A stretch of DNA of 62,373 bases, counting the filler. It is 15 parts of 15 records of this genome, joined end to end, with 100 filler letters (N's around TTAATTAATTAA, not from the genome) between each part and the next. Parts side by side here need not be neighbours in the genome. Positions count along the whole stretch, not along the records: positions 10,955 to 14,020 come from SRR7504441_65744; positions 14,121 to 17,227 come from SRR7504441_65778; positions 17,328 to 20,469 come from SRR7504441_65783; positions 20,570 to 23,787 come from SRR7504441_65818; positions 23,888 to 27,041 come from SRR7504441_65828; 10 more parts are not named here. One strand, written 5' to 3'. A program made the translations under genes and the position numbers. A model generated the notes under the pieces. The model ran no database searches and had not been told where the DNA came from. It saw nothing but the letters and a program-made list of their open reading frames with translations. Numbering within the stretch: the stretch's first letter is position 1; each line of letters starts with the position of its first letter. This document shows positions 13,189 through 24,970 of this stretch, piece by piece.

Positions 13189-14020
13189 ATGAACGAGCCC
13201 GGAATTCGGATCTCGACATCCTGCCGCAACTCGCCGTGGACCGATAGGAACTCGGCCGCTTCCCGTCGACAGACCCGAGCCCAGACTCGATCGCGTCGCG
13301 GGCCCTTTGAGCCCCGCCCGGTGCGCCCTTGGCCGAGCCAGGTCCGATCGGCGGCGGGGCAGGGAGTCTCCGCGGAGGCGCATGTCCGGGGGTGGCGGGT
13401 GGACGATGTGGCCGCCTGGTGCCGCTCCACCCAAGAGCTAGGCGATGCGGTGCCCCGAGCCGGCAAGCGCCCGGTTCACCCCCACACACAGGTGGCGGAA
13501 GCCGTGGTCGCCAGCGAGATGGACGGGCCCGGCTTGGTGGCGCTCATGCAAGCCGGGAGCAGTAGAGCTCCCCGGCCGGGCATGACGGCGGCGGTGGCCG
13601 AGTGAGTGACTGAGTGCCACGTGTATTAGGCTTTGCGCTAACCCGCTGGCTTGTGCCCGTATGCATTTTGACCGGGGCTGTGGCGGGCAGGGCGCTCTCG
13701 GCGCAACTAGAGGAGCTGTTTGCCCGGCAACCGGTCGGCCAGGAGCCGCACCCAAGTCGGAGGGAGCACTGCAGACTGAGTTCTGATAACAGACCAGCGA
13801 GCTTTACGATCCTCGATCAGGTCAGCCTGCTGCTGGCCCTCAAGACTCAACTACGGACAGCTCACACAGCCCTCATCCGACCCGACCGAGCCAGCCTCGA
13901 GTGATTGGATGGATGTGCCCAGTGCGCCCGGTCAAGAGACTTTCAAGAGCGCGAAGCGGCGTAAGACAGGTCGCCTCTCTCCGACGCGGCCTGGTGAGCG
14001 GTGTTTGCGCAGGGGGGGGG
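13189..14020 (+). CDS. SAM-like domain protein, spliced, 3'-truncated
   Basis: VRGWRVDDVAAW...(intron)...VAEAVVASEMDGPGLVAL resembles the SAM W-x-x-x-DV-x-x-W...E-I-DG-x-x-L pattern. Boundaries are uncertain. Confidence 0.4.
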
Positions 14021-14507
14021 NNNNNNNNNNNNNNNNNNNNNNNNNNNNNNNNNNNNNNNNNNNNTTAATTAATTAANNNNNNNNNNNNNNNNNNNNNNNN
14101 NNNNNNNNNNNNNNNNNNNNTTAAATCAACTTACTAATTATATCCAAATTAACTGAACTAAATCGACTAAATACACGTTCATTGAGAAACATCAATTTTG
14201 TGCATTTAGTTTTTTTTTATTTCGAAGATTAGACTAGGGCTCGGGTTATATAGTAAGAATTATTTTCGGCTATATACTACGTGCGTACGTGTCGCCACTA
14301 TGTCGCCACCTCGCCGCTCACACTGCGTTGTCACGGTTGTAATTGCGTTGTTGAAGATCGAACTGAAGGTCGACGTCGTGTACCACATTACTGGTTAATT
14401 ACTGGTACTATGCATGCGCGCGTGTAGCTAAGCGACGTCACGTGGTAGTGTGGTTTTGTGTGTACTCGTACTGTTGGTATACAAACTCTTTTTCCAGTAT
14501 CATCAGA

Positions 14508-17111
14508 TCAATAACACCATTTGTAAAAGGGAACCCCCCATAGCACAACATGATGTAAAGCCAGTAGAAAATCGTCGAATTTTAGCCTTGTGGGGCAAGC
14601 TCCGAACATGTAGCCAATTCCAAGCATTTCGGCCAAAGAGGTGAAGGTAATGAGAACAGCAGGCACCATCATGCCAACAGTGTCCAGATAGCCAAGATGC
14701 CTGCACCAACATGCAATTAGCCGTATACTGGTCAGGCGCACGCCATCGGCGGACTTAGCTGCTATTGAGGTACTATTGAGGGTAATCTAGCACTAAGCTT
14801 ACCGTAGGCCATGAAGAGGCGGAGCCCTGTTTACTCCCACACTCGTCCTAAATGCCTGGAATGTTGTCTTCTTCCCACTAGTAACTTGCTTTATCAGCTG
14901 GATCACACTGTTGCCGCATGTTGATCCACCGACTGCACACCTTTTCCAAGGCATTAGAGATAGATAAATGTACAGGTTCGGTCACCTTCTCGGATGATAG
15001 AGGCCACCAGGATCCTGCGGATTGGAGTGCCTATCATACTCGCTCATTTCTTCTTCAGTGACTGGCGCATGTGGCAGGAACCCCAACGCAACTATAGCAT
15101 CTGTTGCTAGCTGCAACACAAGAGAAACAACAACAACGATCATAGCTTCTGTGGTGATGAAGGCATGCTTGAAGGTCTTCATCTTCACACCCCTTATCAG
15201 ACCCCAGCTGATTATGCAGACAAAGCGATGATATCCTGAGCCAAATTTGTTTGCCTGCATGAGACAGGTGAGCAAGTTTGGGACATAGATTTGCATTTTA
15301 CTTGGTAGAGTTTAGTATTTGCTGACTCAGTCACCCATCCGACCACCCTTGCAGAAGGCACACATTTGATGATTATCCAGCGAACCCAACCCAGCCGGTT
15401 CAGAAGCTTGTTTGCAAACCTGGCTCAACACCCTTACGGGCGAGGCCAGGGCATCAGAGGACCCGATGAAGAGTGCAATCAATCCTGCGTCGGATGCAAT
15501 AATTGCGTCAATCAGCACGCTCATGAGTTCAACTCCTGCACCAACATATTGTATCAACCACGTGTCTCTGCCTTAATCAAACCTTCAGCATATGAATGGA
15601 CGACAAAGAAGCACAAGATCACTATTTTCTTTTGATCCCCTTTGATTTGCCTCTTTTCATAAACCTACAGAGAGGCTCATCAAAAACAAGTGCACTGCCA
15701 TCCAAATGCTATGTGGCACGCAGAAACAGTTGAATGGCACCTTGTAGTTGTAGAGCCTTGAAACGCCCCATACAATCACACTGCCAGGCCCACATCAGAA
15801 ATTATCATTTGGACAAGTATTCACTCTTCAAGTCCGGTCGTAACAAACGTCAAGTAAAACGCAGTGGCATATTTGTTGACGCCGTTTTGACTCAGCATAA
15901 CGTAGCTGATGCATATCATAGAGAAAAGCAGATAGCCTGTTGCTAGTACAACAGGACAGGTAACAAGAAACCATAAAAGATGGTCCCGTAGCCGGAGTCC
16001 ATCTGTCTTGTGCATGAACCAGAAGTATGGACCTGAACAACCGAGCAGGAGAAATACCAACCCCACGCCCGATACAACGTACGAAGCTGCCTTGTCGCCA
16101 AACGGTATAGTCAGCGTCACGTAGAAATACACCGCGGATAAAGCTGTGATGACGTACCCAGTGGTTCTGGTACCTTCACTCCCAGTGAGCGCAAGCGCAA
16201 AGAACGTGGTGCAGATCGGCCCAAACCCCACTGCATCCCACCACGGCAGTATGTTCCGCCATATCGGCACATTCCCACAGGGGCCGGGTGACTCTTCGCA
16301 GTAGAACATTGCGGCGGTTTGAGCAACAGCCAGCAGAGTCACCACTCCAATCAAAATCACTTGGGTCCGAATGGAAGGCACGGGAAAGGACTTGGCGTCT
16401 TCACTCAGCACGTTGACAGGGACCAGCTCGGCGTCCCTGGGCGACAAGATCGGAGCGTGTACGGCCTCGGGCAAATCTGCTTGACCCAACCCCACGAATA
16501 GCACTTCGCCGCTCACCTGCAGCTCACATTAGTCTGACGGTAAGCCGTGCGCACAGACCTGCCAGACCAGCTGCTGGTGCTCGTCCGCCACCCGGATGCC
16601 CTCAGGCATGCCCGATCCTGTACCCACGAGCACCTGCAGCACACAAGTTTGAGGGTGCGCCAGTCCGCCAGCCGGCCTGCCAGCTGTGCTTCTCTTCCAG
16701 CTGCACGATATCAGGGCCAACTTTGGTGGGCAGATAGGCCGGTTCCAGGCCGCACCACCTGTACGTGTCTGGCGGAGGCTGCCAAACCACTTGGCCGCTC
16801 GACTTGTGTCTGGTGCCCCTGCACCGGGCGGCGGTCCGGAGAACCACCAGCCGGCCTTCTGCCTGGATCCTACGCTCGATCAGCCGGTCGACCGCCGGCC
16901 CGGTGCCCACAACGATCAGGCACAGGTCTCGCAGCGCCTGGCGGTGCGACTCCCAATCCTCGTCCTCGCCCGGCTCCCAAAGGGACACTCGGTCCCGGGC
17001 GACGGGCGAATACATCTCATTGAGCTGATCGCACTCATCCGAACCGTCCTCGAAGTACTCGTACTCGTAGTCCATTTCAACCGCCGTCGATTTGCGCGCA
17101 TCGGAAACCAT
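14508..17111 (-). CDS. Unknown multi-pass membrane protein with a soluble N-terminal region, many introns
   Basis: ORFs 16602-17144, 16529-16720 and 15821-16516 join via GC-AG and GT-AG mini-introns. Downstream hydrophobic exons lie at 15327-15557, 14982-15296 and 14508-14741. The 3' exon structure is not fully resolved. Confidence 0.5.
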
Positions 17112-17327
17112 GCCACAGAGGCTGGAGATGCAGGTCCGGTTCACCTCGGCGCGTCCGTGCCGTTAACCGTTGCCGCTACGGTATATCTTCGAAAATTAAT
17201 GTAGTTGGCCCTTCCTCCGGGCCGACGNNNNNNNNNNNNNNNNNNNNNNNNNNNNNNNNNNNNNNNNNNNNTTAATTAATTAANNNNNNNNNNNNNNNNN
17301 NNNNNNNNNNNNNNNNNNNNNNNNNNN

Positions 17328-20300
17328 TGTGCAGAGCTTGCGTGCCTTTGCTGCTCGCCTGCTCGGTCAAGGTGTCCGTCAGTGCCTGTGGAATATGAGA
17401 GCTAAATTTTGGTCCGAGACAAACGCTCAAGACGAGGCGTTTCGGGCCCGAGTGAACCTAATGACCACCAGCAAGAAAGTTGGGCTCAAGCTTCTCCGCA
17501 GGATACTGCATCTCATGCGCCAAGCCGATGTCCGGCGCATCCTGCTTGGATTCCGAAGCAATAAAGCGGCTGCCAAGGCCTCCAGACTCACAGAGCAGCA
17601 GATGGGCAGTCAGATGACGATGGCTCTCCGCGAGGCGTCACGAGGCGGCAGTGTGCGGCTGCTAGCAGCGGTGCACAGGCGGTGGGCCAGGTTCCCGATC
17701 CTGGCAGTAGTGTCGCGCTGGCGGCTGAATCGACAGGGCGCGGCTGTCAGAATGCAGATGGAGATCGAGGGCTCAGGGCGGGTGATGGGCCAGCTGCACC
17801 GAGGCAAGCGCGAAGCAGCTGCTCTGGTCATGCGCGAGCTTCGCACTCGAATCATGGCACAGAGCACACGGGGAGTCGTCTCGGCTTGGACAGCTGCACT
17901 TGCTCTGAGCCGCCAGAATCTAAGCAGCGAAATGGTAAGCAGGGAAGCAAGCCAGCGTCTCGCGGAGAGCGAAGTTGCCGCTGCTGAGCTTATGCTGCGG
18001 AGTCGCACTAACGGGGAGCGCTCCAAGGGACTTCTTGTATTAAACGGAGTGGTCCGGCTGTTGATATCCCGGGGTAAGCTTGGAGCCGTGCGGGCATGGA
18101 AGCATAATTGCGACCACGCCACACTGAGGTTGGAGCTGGTCATGCAGCACATGCATGACTTGAGGCAGCAACTGCTGCAGTCCCACAGGCGAGAGAGCTC
18201 GAGGAGGATGCGGCTGGCCAGATGGAGTATCCTGCAGAGTCGATTATTGGAGGCAGTCGGGTGTTGGGCTGGAGCTTGGAGAGCTGCAAGGATCATCAGC
18301 GTCGAGGATAAGGCGAATGCCGAGACCTCGAGACTGCGGCTGGATCGGAGCAACGGGCTTGACGAGAACAAACGCCAGCGACGGATGACTGCGCTGACCA
18401 AGCTGCGGTTCATCCTTGTGCGCTGGAGCCAGCAACTGGCGCACTCTGTGCTGCTGCGGTTCTACCAAAATGCCACAGCTGCGGGAAGCTACAGTGTAAG
18501 CAGGAAGGCGTCTGGCGCGCAACGCCTGGCGCAACTGCTCCTCCAGGTACCATCTCACTAGCTAGAAGTATTTACTCGCAGCCTTTAACATTCTGTGTTC
18601 TGCAGGGTTCGCGGATGAGTCTTGGCTGGTCTTTCCGAGAGTGGGTTCTGTATGGTGGACTTGGCAAACAGGAGCGGCAGATGCAAGGTGTAGTTAAGCT
18701 GGCCACCGACCTGCAGACCAAGAAGGCAATCACAGCGCGCGCCGAGCGTAACATGGCCATCCAAGGCATGTGGTGCTCAATGTGGCAGCTCTCTGCGTTC
18801 AGTGGCTGGCGCATGTGGACAGCGGGACGAATGTTCAAGGAGCGTGCTGGGCTCAAGGACGCGATGGTGCGACACCAGATCAGCACTGCCAGGCAAGATG
18901 CAGGTGCCAGAGCCATGTATCAGGTACTGTCGCGCTTCTGTGCCTATCAGCTTTCAGGGTGCATCTCTAACTGGCGGATATCGGCCAGAGCTACCAACCT
19001 ACGAGTGGTGGCGCAGGGTGACTTGCAGGCTGCAGACCGGGTGCGAAGAAACGCCCTGGCGGGTGCCTCCAAACAGAGCGCAGCGCGGCTGGTGCAGCGA
19101 ACGTTGCAAGCAATGCTGCAGCGAGAAGTCGCGGTCGCAGTGGGCAACGCCAAGGCGAATTGGGGCCAGGCCAAGGTCGTGAGGTTGTTTGCATCACGGA
19201 AGGACTCACGGGATCGCACGCTTGCCATCTCAATACTGCTGCGACTGAGCCAAACCTGGGCCCTGGTCAATATGGTTCGAGCTGCCTGGTCGATGCGCTG
19301 CAACATGCTGGGCGACCGGCGGGTAGCGGCCTTGCGTCGGGTGGTGTCCATGCAGCTTCTGCGTGCAGTAATGGCCCGCTGGGTGCAGTCTGCAGTCCAG
19401 CGCTCTGTGCGTGCACTCAGGGCCGGCTGCTGCGAGGCAGCAGTGGCCAACCAAGTAACTTCGAACAGCATGGAGCAGCTCGCTCAGTCTCGCAAAGCAG
19501 GCCGCCTCGGTACTCTTGGCTTCATCCTTCAACAGCTCCAGGGCGCCTTTACGCGCCGCGTGGTGGCAGCCTTGCGCCGGAACTGGGCTGTGGCTGGCAC
19601 CTCGGCTCGGATGGTGAAGGAGGGCGCTGTCCGGCTGCAGGGCGCCGTGCGAGGCTCGGAGCAAGCGGCTGCGCTTGCCGAGATCTGGCGGATAATGCTC
19701 AGGTGGGATCTTCTATCCAAGCACAAGGTGGTTCGAGCCTTGCAGTGTGTGCGCAGTCGCTCGTCAGTTCAAGCTGAGCGGAAGCAGACTGGGGTGCAGC
19801 GGATGGCTTGGGCGGCCCGTCGGCTGCTCTGGCGGCAGGCAGCTGGTGGCTTCTCGTGCTGGGCCGCCAACTGCCACTCGGCCTTAGCGGGCTCGCGTGG
19901 GTTGTCTTGCGGGATGCGGCGGGCGCAAGGGTTTGAAGCGCTCAGCCAGATCCTGAGGCGATGGCTCTGGACTAGGGCAGCAGGCGTAGTGGGCCGGCTG
20001 CGGGAGGGCGTGCAGCTTGGGAAGAAGGATCGAGAGGTAAAGGAGACGAAAAAGTTCGTTGAACAGCTGCTTCAGGATTTCGAGCAGGACTCGGAGCACT
20101 GGGAGACGGTGCAGGGTGAGTTCCAAACGCTCAAGATCAAGACCGCGTTCCAGCAGACGCTGTACCAGTGGCGGGTGCTGCTAGGGCTGGTGCTTGCCAG
20201 ATCTTTCTATGCGTGGACACAGCTGGTGGCGAGCAAGGGCTGGGGCGAGGACGCGGATGTGGCCGATTTGCAGGAGGTAGTGGCCGAGCTTGAGGTGCGC

Positions 20301-20390
20301 ATGATGCGTTCCGAAAAGGATAAGCTTGGGCTGATACGGAGTGTCGACCGGCTTACTAAGGACATTGATTCACTCATCGAAAATCAATGA
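17328..20390 (+). CDS. Large helical protein with Sfi1-like Trp repeats (5'-truncated), intron 18547-18605
   Basis: Two long ORFs are joined in frame by a 59-nt GT-AG intron. Periodic (A/F)xxW motifs occur (AVRAWKH, SFREW, AFSGWRMW, CISNWR, GFSCWAA, SFYAWTQ), followed by a C-terminal coiled coil. Confidence 0.55.
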
Positions 20391-20569
20391 GGCTAGAGCT
20401 CAGTCTCAGCCTTGAGTGAGATACAATTCATGTACATGTAAATAACAAATAAAACCAAAAGAGAAACCCNNNNNNNNNNNNNNNNNNNNNNNNNNNNNNN
20501 NNNNNNNNNNNNNTTAATTAATTAANNNNNNNNNNNNNNNNNNNNNNNNNNNNNNNNNNNNNNNNNNNN

Positions 20570-21176
20570 CGGCAACTACTCGGCGCTGCAGACAGTGGCA
20601 GACAAGTTCGGAATCACCCCGCTGTCGGCCGAGCAGGCGCACTGCCTGATGACGAACCCCAGCCATCCGGCCATGACGGCTAATCTTCAGGCATGCGTGC
20701 CCTTGATCGCGCCCGGAGCCAACGCCTCAGTGGAGGAGAAACGGCTGGCGTCGATGGGGCTGATGCACCAACCAGAAGACGGCAAGCTGGTGAGTATGTG
20801 CAAACCGAGCATGCCATGCAAGGAGTTCAACAAGTTTCTCGCCAACGGCTCGCTCGACGCCTCGGCGCTCTATTGCGGCGCTCTGAGCCCGCTGACTAAG
20901 GCTTTGGTCAGCTCTGATATGGTGCGCACAATCGCACAAGGGTTCCTGTTCCAGAACTCCGACACCGGGAGAACCGATGACTGCTACTGCGCCCGGCAGG
21001 ACGGGACTGGGCTGCGTGGGCCGGTGTTTGGCCCGATTTACTACGTGAATGCTAAGCTAATCTACCTGCTCGGCGGGTTGGAGGCATTCGGGCGGATGCC
21101 CGGATGCCGAGTACCGTGCCCAAAGGCAGCGAGCAACGCCAGTCTGTGCCACCCCCCTCCGATGTATGCTAATTAA
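20570..21176 (+). CDS. Unknown Cys-containing protein, 3' fragment
   Basis: Open frame runs from the contig edge to TAA and is followed by AT-rich sequence. It is convergent with the sulfatase gene. Confidence 0.5.
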
Positions 21177-21220
21177 TCAAGTAATGCATGCTAATTAATC
21201 GGCATTTCAAACATTTTCAA

Positions 21221-23095
21221 TCAATTGTCTGATGAAATCTTACTCGTACTCTCGGCCTCTCTAATGACGGGCCGCAGCTGAATATACTCGCGGACCCTCA
21301 AATCAAGGGCATCCACAACCTGCGCGTATCGCGCATCGCCCACTAGATTGTGGCTCTCGGGAAAGTCTAGCCACAACCCCGTGTCTGCCCTATGGTCGTA
21401 CAACTCTCTTCCCAACATTGTGTCAGTGCTCGGGACTAACGAGCTATTGTCAAAACTAAACCAGACAGTGTACCGCCACTCCACCGTGCGAATCGAATAT
21501 CCGACAGCCGTTGTTTGATTGCGGAAGTATTTGGGGTTGACATTGAAAGGGTCCGGCCTGCCAGCCAAGTCGGTGTTCGTCTTTGCAAATTGCGAGAATG
21601 CCGCATCTTTAACCACAGTCGCAGGGTCATCAAACATTGATGCGAACGAAGTCCCGTTCAGCTGCTGCCCCATCTCCTCCGGCGGCGGCAGCCCTGTCAG
21701 CTCGGCCAGCGTCAAGTAGAGGTCGACAGCCTCGACCAGCCCAGTGGCGCTCTTATTGACAGCTTGGGGCTTGGCTGGATGCCTCACTATGAGCGGGATG
21801 TGCGTGGCCAGCTCAAAGTTGGACATCTTGGCCCATAGGTCGTTCTCGCCCAAGTGCCAGCCTGCGCCGCCCCCGGCTCAGCTCACTGCACCCGGCAGTG
21901 GGCACCGTGGTCGCCGAATACGACGACGATGGTGTTGGAGGCAAGCCCAGTCGAGTCGAGGGCACTGAGCACTCGCCCGATGTTGTAGTCGGTGTAGGCT
22001 ACAGCTGCGTCGTACGTCCATCGATAGAGCCGGGCCCGTGTGGCATTGGCACACGAGCTGTTGAAGCTGGCATTGATCCCCCCCACGTCACCAGGCTCAT
22101 GCCAGGCCACCGCTGGCATCCCCACGGGCGCCCACGGCCAGGCCGCGAGCCCGTACGCTTCAAACGGCCGAGGTAGCGTCCCAAAGAACTCGTGCGGCAC
22201 AGTCCAGGGCACGTGCGGCTTGTGGAACCCACAGCCTATGAAGAAGTTGGAATAGTTGCCGGCTGCTCCGGTCAGGTTTGCAGCTGCCTGTATCTGCTGG
22301 ATACAGCTATCCCTGATTAGCTGGTCGGACAGCACCGACTCCTCCTTGCGCACCGCGGCCACGCACCGGGTTGGCTGGCCCTTGGCGTTCCTCTCCGCTG
22401 GAGGGTCCCCGTTGAGGCAAGTGTGAGGCCTATCCTTGGCAGCCTCCACGTATGGATAACTTTCAGTCCACGAAGCCGGGTAGTCGTTGTTGTCCATTCC
22501 CAGATTCTCCTTGCCGGGCTCTACCTACACCGACCGTCACTGCCCGGCCCACCAGCCGGCTCGCCGGGTGAAATCTGCACCGAACAACCGTCAGCCGCCC
22601 CCCGGCAGCTCTGGCGCTCACAATTTGCCGCTTCCCAGCACTAACCAGCCGTGCTGCTTGAAGTAGCCCGGCAGCGTCAGCCAGTCTCCCACCGGCCCGG
22701 CCTGCCTGAACGAGTCGGTAAACTCCCACACTCTGGTTGTGTCCGGCCGCCGTCCGGTCATAAACCTGCGCCGCTGTCAGCGGTGCAGCCCGCGCGAGGC
22801 GTGGCACGAGTTGCGGGAGGGCGAGCACCAGGCGAACTGGACATAGGCGCTGTCGAACCTCAGACCTTCACGAGCCAGCCCGTCGATCGCAGGTGTGCGC
22901 GCCAGGCTGTAGTTCTGACCCCCCGGTTTTCCCGGCCCGCCAGCCGTGGGGCACGTAGGCGCCAAGCGAGGGCCGAAGGTCGTCCACCACCAGAAACAGC
23001 ACGTTCGGGTGACCCGCCGTCGCCACGGCCATGCAGGCCATGACTGTGGGCCAGGCGAGTGGATTCGTCCGGGCTGAGGCCGCGCACGCCATCAT
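21221..23095 (-). CDS. Iduronate-2-sulfatase-like sulfatase, 5 introns
   Basis: Motifs PNVLFLVVDDLRP, TPAIDGLA, the formylglycine motif CSPSR, MTGRRPD, GKLFHP, GFHKPHVPW, GDHGWHLGE, WAKMSNFE and ELYDH. Confidence 0.92.
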
Positions 23096-23162
23096 CCCGT
23101 GGTGCGCAACCCTGTGCCGCAGCGCGTGAGCGCACCCGGCGTCAGTGCCGTTAGCCGCCGCG

Positions 23163-23756
23163 ATGGACGGGGAAAGCCTGGAGGTGGAGACCGGCATCGA
23201 AGTGGAGCGGATGGCCATGAACAAGCGGATCGCCGAGTTCAAGACTGAGCAGTCCAAGGCGCTAGAGCGTGCGCCCGGCCGTCCCGCCCCCCACCCGAGC
23301 CGGGGCGCAGGTTTCATCGCGCTGCAGCAGGAGCGATTCGAGCAGTTTAGCGAGTCCGCCCGCTCAAGCCGTGCGTCCCGCCCGTGTCCGGCCGCTGACT
23401 GCGGAGCAGATCGCCATAGTCGTCCTCCTCGCCTGGTGAGCGGTGAGCAGGACAGCCAGAGCATGTCGCTGCCGCGGACAGGAATGTTCTTCATGGACGA
23501 GGAGGACGAGGAGTCGGCGGGGCTGGAGGGGCTGGGGATCATCGAGGACGAGCTGCCCACCCCGGGCGGCGCGGAGACTGCGCACGAGGAGCCGGCTCTG
23601 CTGGTGCTGGCCGCGGAGGAGCCGCTGGAGAGCCTGGAGGAAACGGAAGTAGTGATGGCCAAGAGCCTGCCGATCGACGTGCCGATGATGGCCGCTCCGA
23701 AGGCGCGGCCGAAGAAGCTGCTCGAGATCTCAGCGCTAGACGAAACAGGTGTCTAG
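23163..23756 (+). CDS. Small acidic protein with a coiled coil and PRAS40-like motifs
   Basis: Two in-frame GT-AG mini-introns near 23269-23310 and 23371-23409. Motifs GMFFMDEED (23481-23507) and AKSLPIDVP (23658-23684). Confidence 0.55.
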   Translation: MDGESLEVETGIEVERMAMNKRIAEFKTEQSKALERAPGRPAPHPSRGAGFIALQQERFEQFSESARSSRASRPCPAADCGADRHSRPPRLVSGEQDSQSMSLPRTGMFFMDEEDEESAGLEGLGIIEDELPTPGGAETAHEEPALLVLAAEEPLESLEETEVVMAKSLPIDVPMMAAPKARPKKLLEISALDETGV

Positions 23757-23887
23757 CAGAGGTGCAAATTAAGGCTTAGTATAATCGNNNNNNNNNNNNN
23801 NNNNNNNNNNNNNNNNNNNNNNNNNNNNNNNTTAATTAATTAANNNNNNNNNNNNNNNNNNNNNNNNNNNNNNNNNNNNNNNNNNNN

Positions 23888-24821
23888 GCCAGCACATCCG
23901 GCACACTGGCCAGTCAGCTGGTTTATTCACAAACGTGCACTTGTAGCACGCCCACTCGAACCGCTGCCCGCCGGCCGGCCGCTCCCACTGGCTCTTCCCG
24001 TCTGATGACACGTAGTACTCCCGCCCAGTGCTCTTGCTTTGCCGTGCCTGCCACCCGGGGAGCAGTGCCCCCGGCTGGTCTGCTGGCTTATCCTCTGCGG
24101 TCAGGTCGACTACCGCGTCCGCAGCAGCAGGCCCCGGGGCTTCGGGCAGATCAGCTTGGTCGAATAAGTCCTCGCTCATCTGTGGGGCCTCGTCCAGGCT
24201 CTGAAATGGAGTGAGCACACCCTGCCTGATCAGCTCCTGCCTCCGCGCTTCCTGCCTGTCCTTGGCCGCCAGCTTGGCCGTGGCCTCAGCGCGCCGAGGA
24301 CCGCGCCGGGCCCGCTCGAGCCCTGGGGTGCATCGGCTGGTGCTGGGCATCACCGACTGTAGCCGGGCCTCCGCCCGCTGGCCCTCCCCGTCAACCCGCT
24401 GCCAGGCCATGGCGGCACCTTGATAGCGGCCTCCTCGGCCTCGCAGAGCAGCTCGACCTTTGCGGTCAGCTTGGTCTGTTGCTCGAGCAGCTTCTGGTGC
24501 CGCGGGCTGCCCTTGTCGGTCTGGCCAAGCTCGGTCCGCAGCTGCTTGAGCTGCCGCGTCGTCTTGGAAAGATCAGCCCGGAGCGCCGCCAGCCGCTGCC
24601 GGCCGCGATGCTGCTCGTGCTCCGACAGCGCGGTCTCCACCTGCCCAATCCCGCTGGCCGCGCCGGCTCGGGGGGCAGAGCACCTGGCCGATCAGGCTGT
24701 TCTCGAGCTCGGCTGACTCGTAAACCTGGGCCGATACCCCCGACCCGGCCTCGCACACGGTGGCCTGCGCCCGGTCGGTCTGGAGCACGATGCGCGGCGG
24801 CTTGGCCCGCGGCTGTGCCAT
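23888..24821 (-). CDS. CSB/ERCC6(Rad26)-like N-terminus plus WW plus RanBP2/NZF zinc finger (3'-truncated)
   Basis: QVYESAELENSLIGQV, a coiled coil and RQELIRQGVLTPF match conserved CSB N-terminal motifs. WW: LPGWQARQSKSTGREYYVSSDGKSQWERP. ZnF: WACYKCTFVN...CRMC. Confidence 0.65.
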
Positions 24822-24970
24822 TTGCCCACGCCACCCAGCTTAGTAGGGTCCCTAGTGCGCTGGTTCCATGACGACTCCGTCCCACTGCAGCTTTTTTGAC
24901 CAGCTGCTCGGCGACCCGACTGCGGCTGGACGGGAAGGGCAAGGAGGCGCCTGCAAAGGACGTCGGCGAG

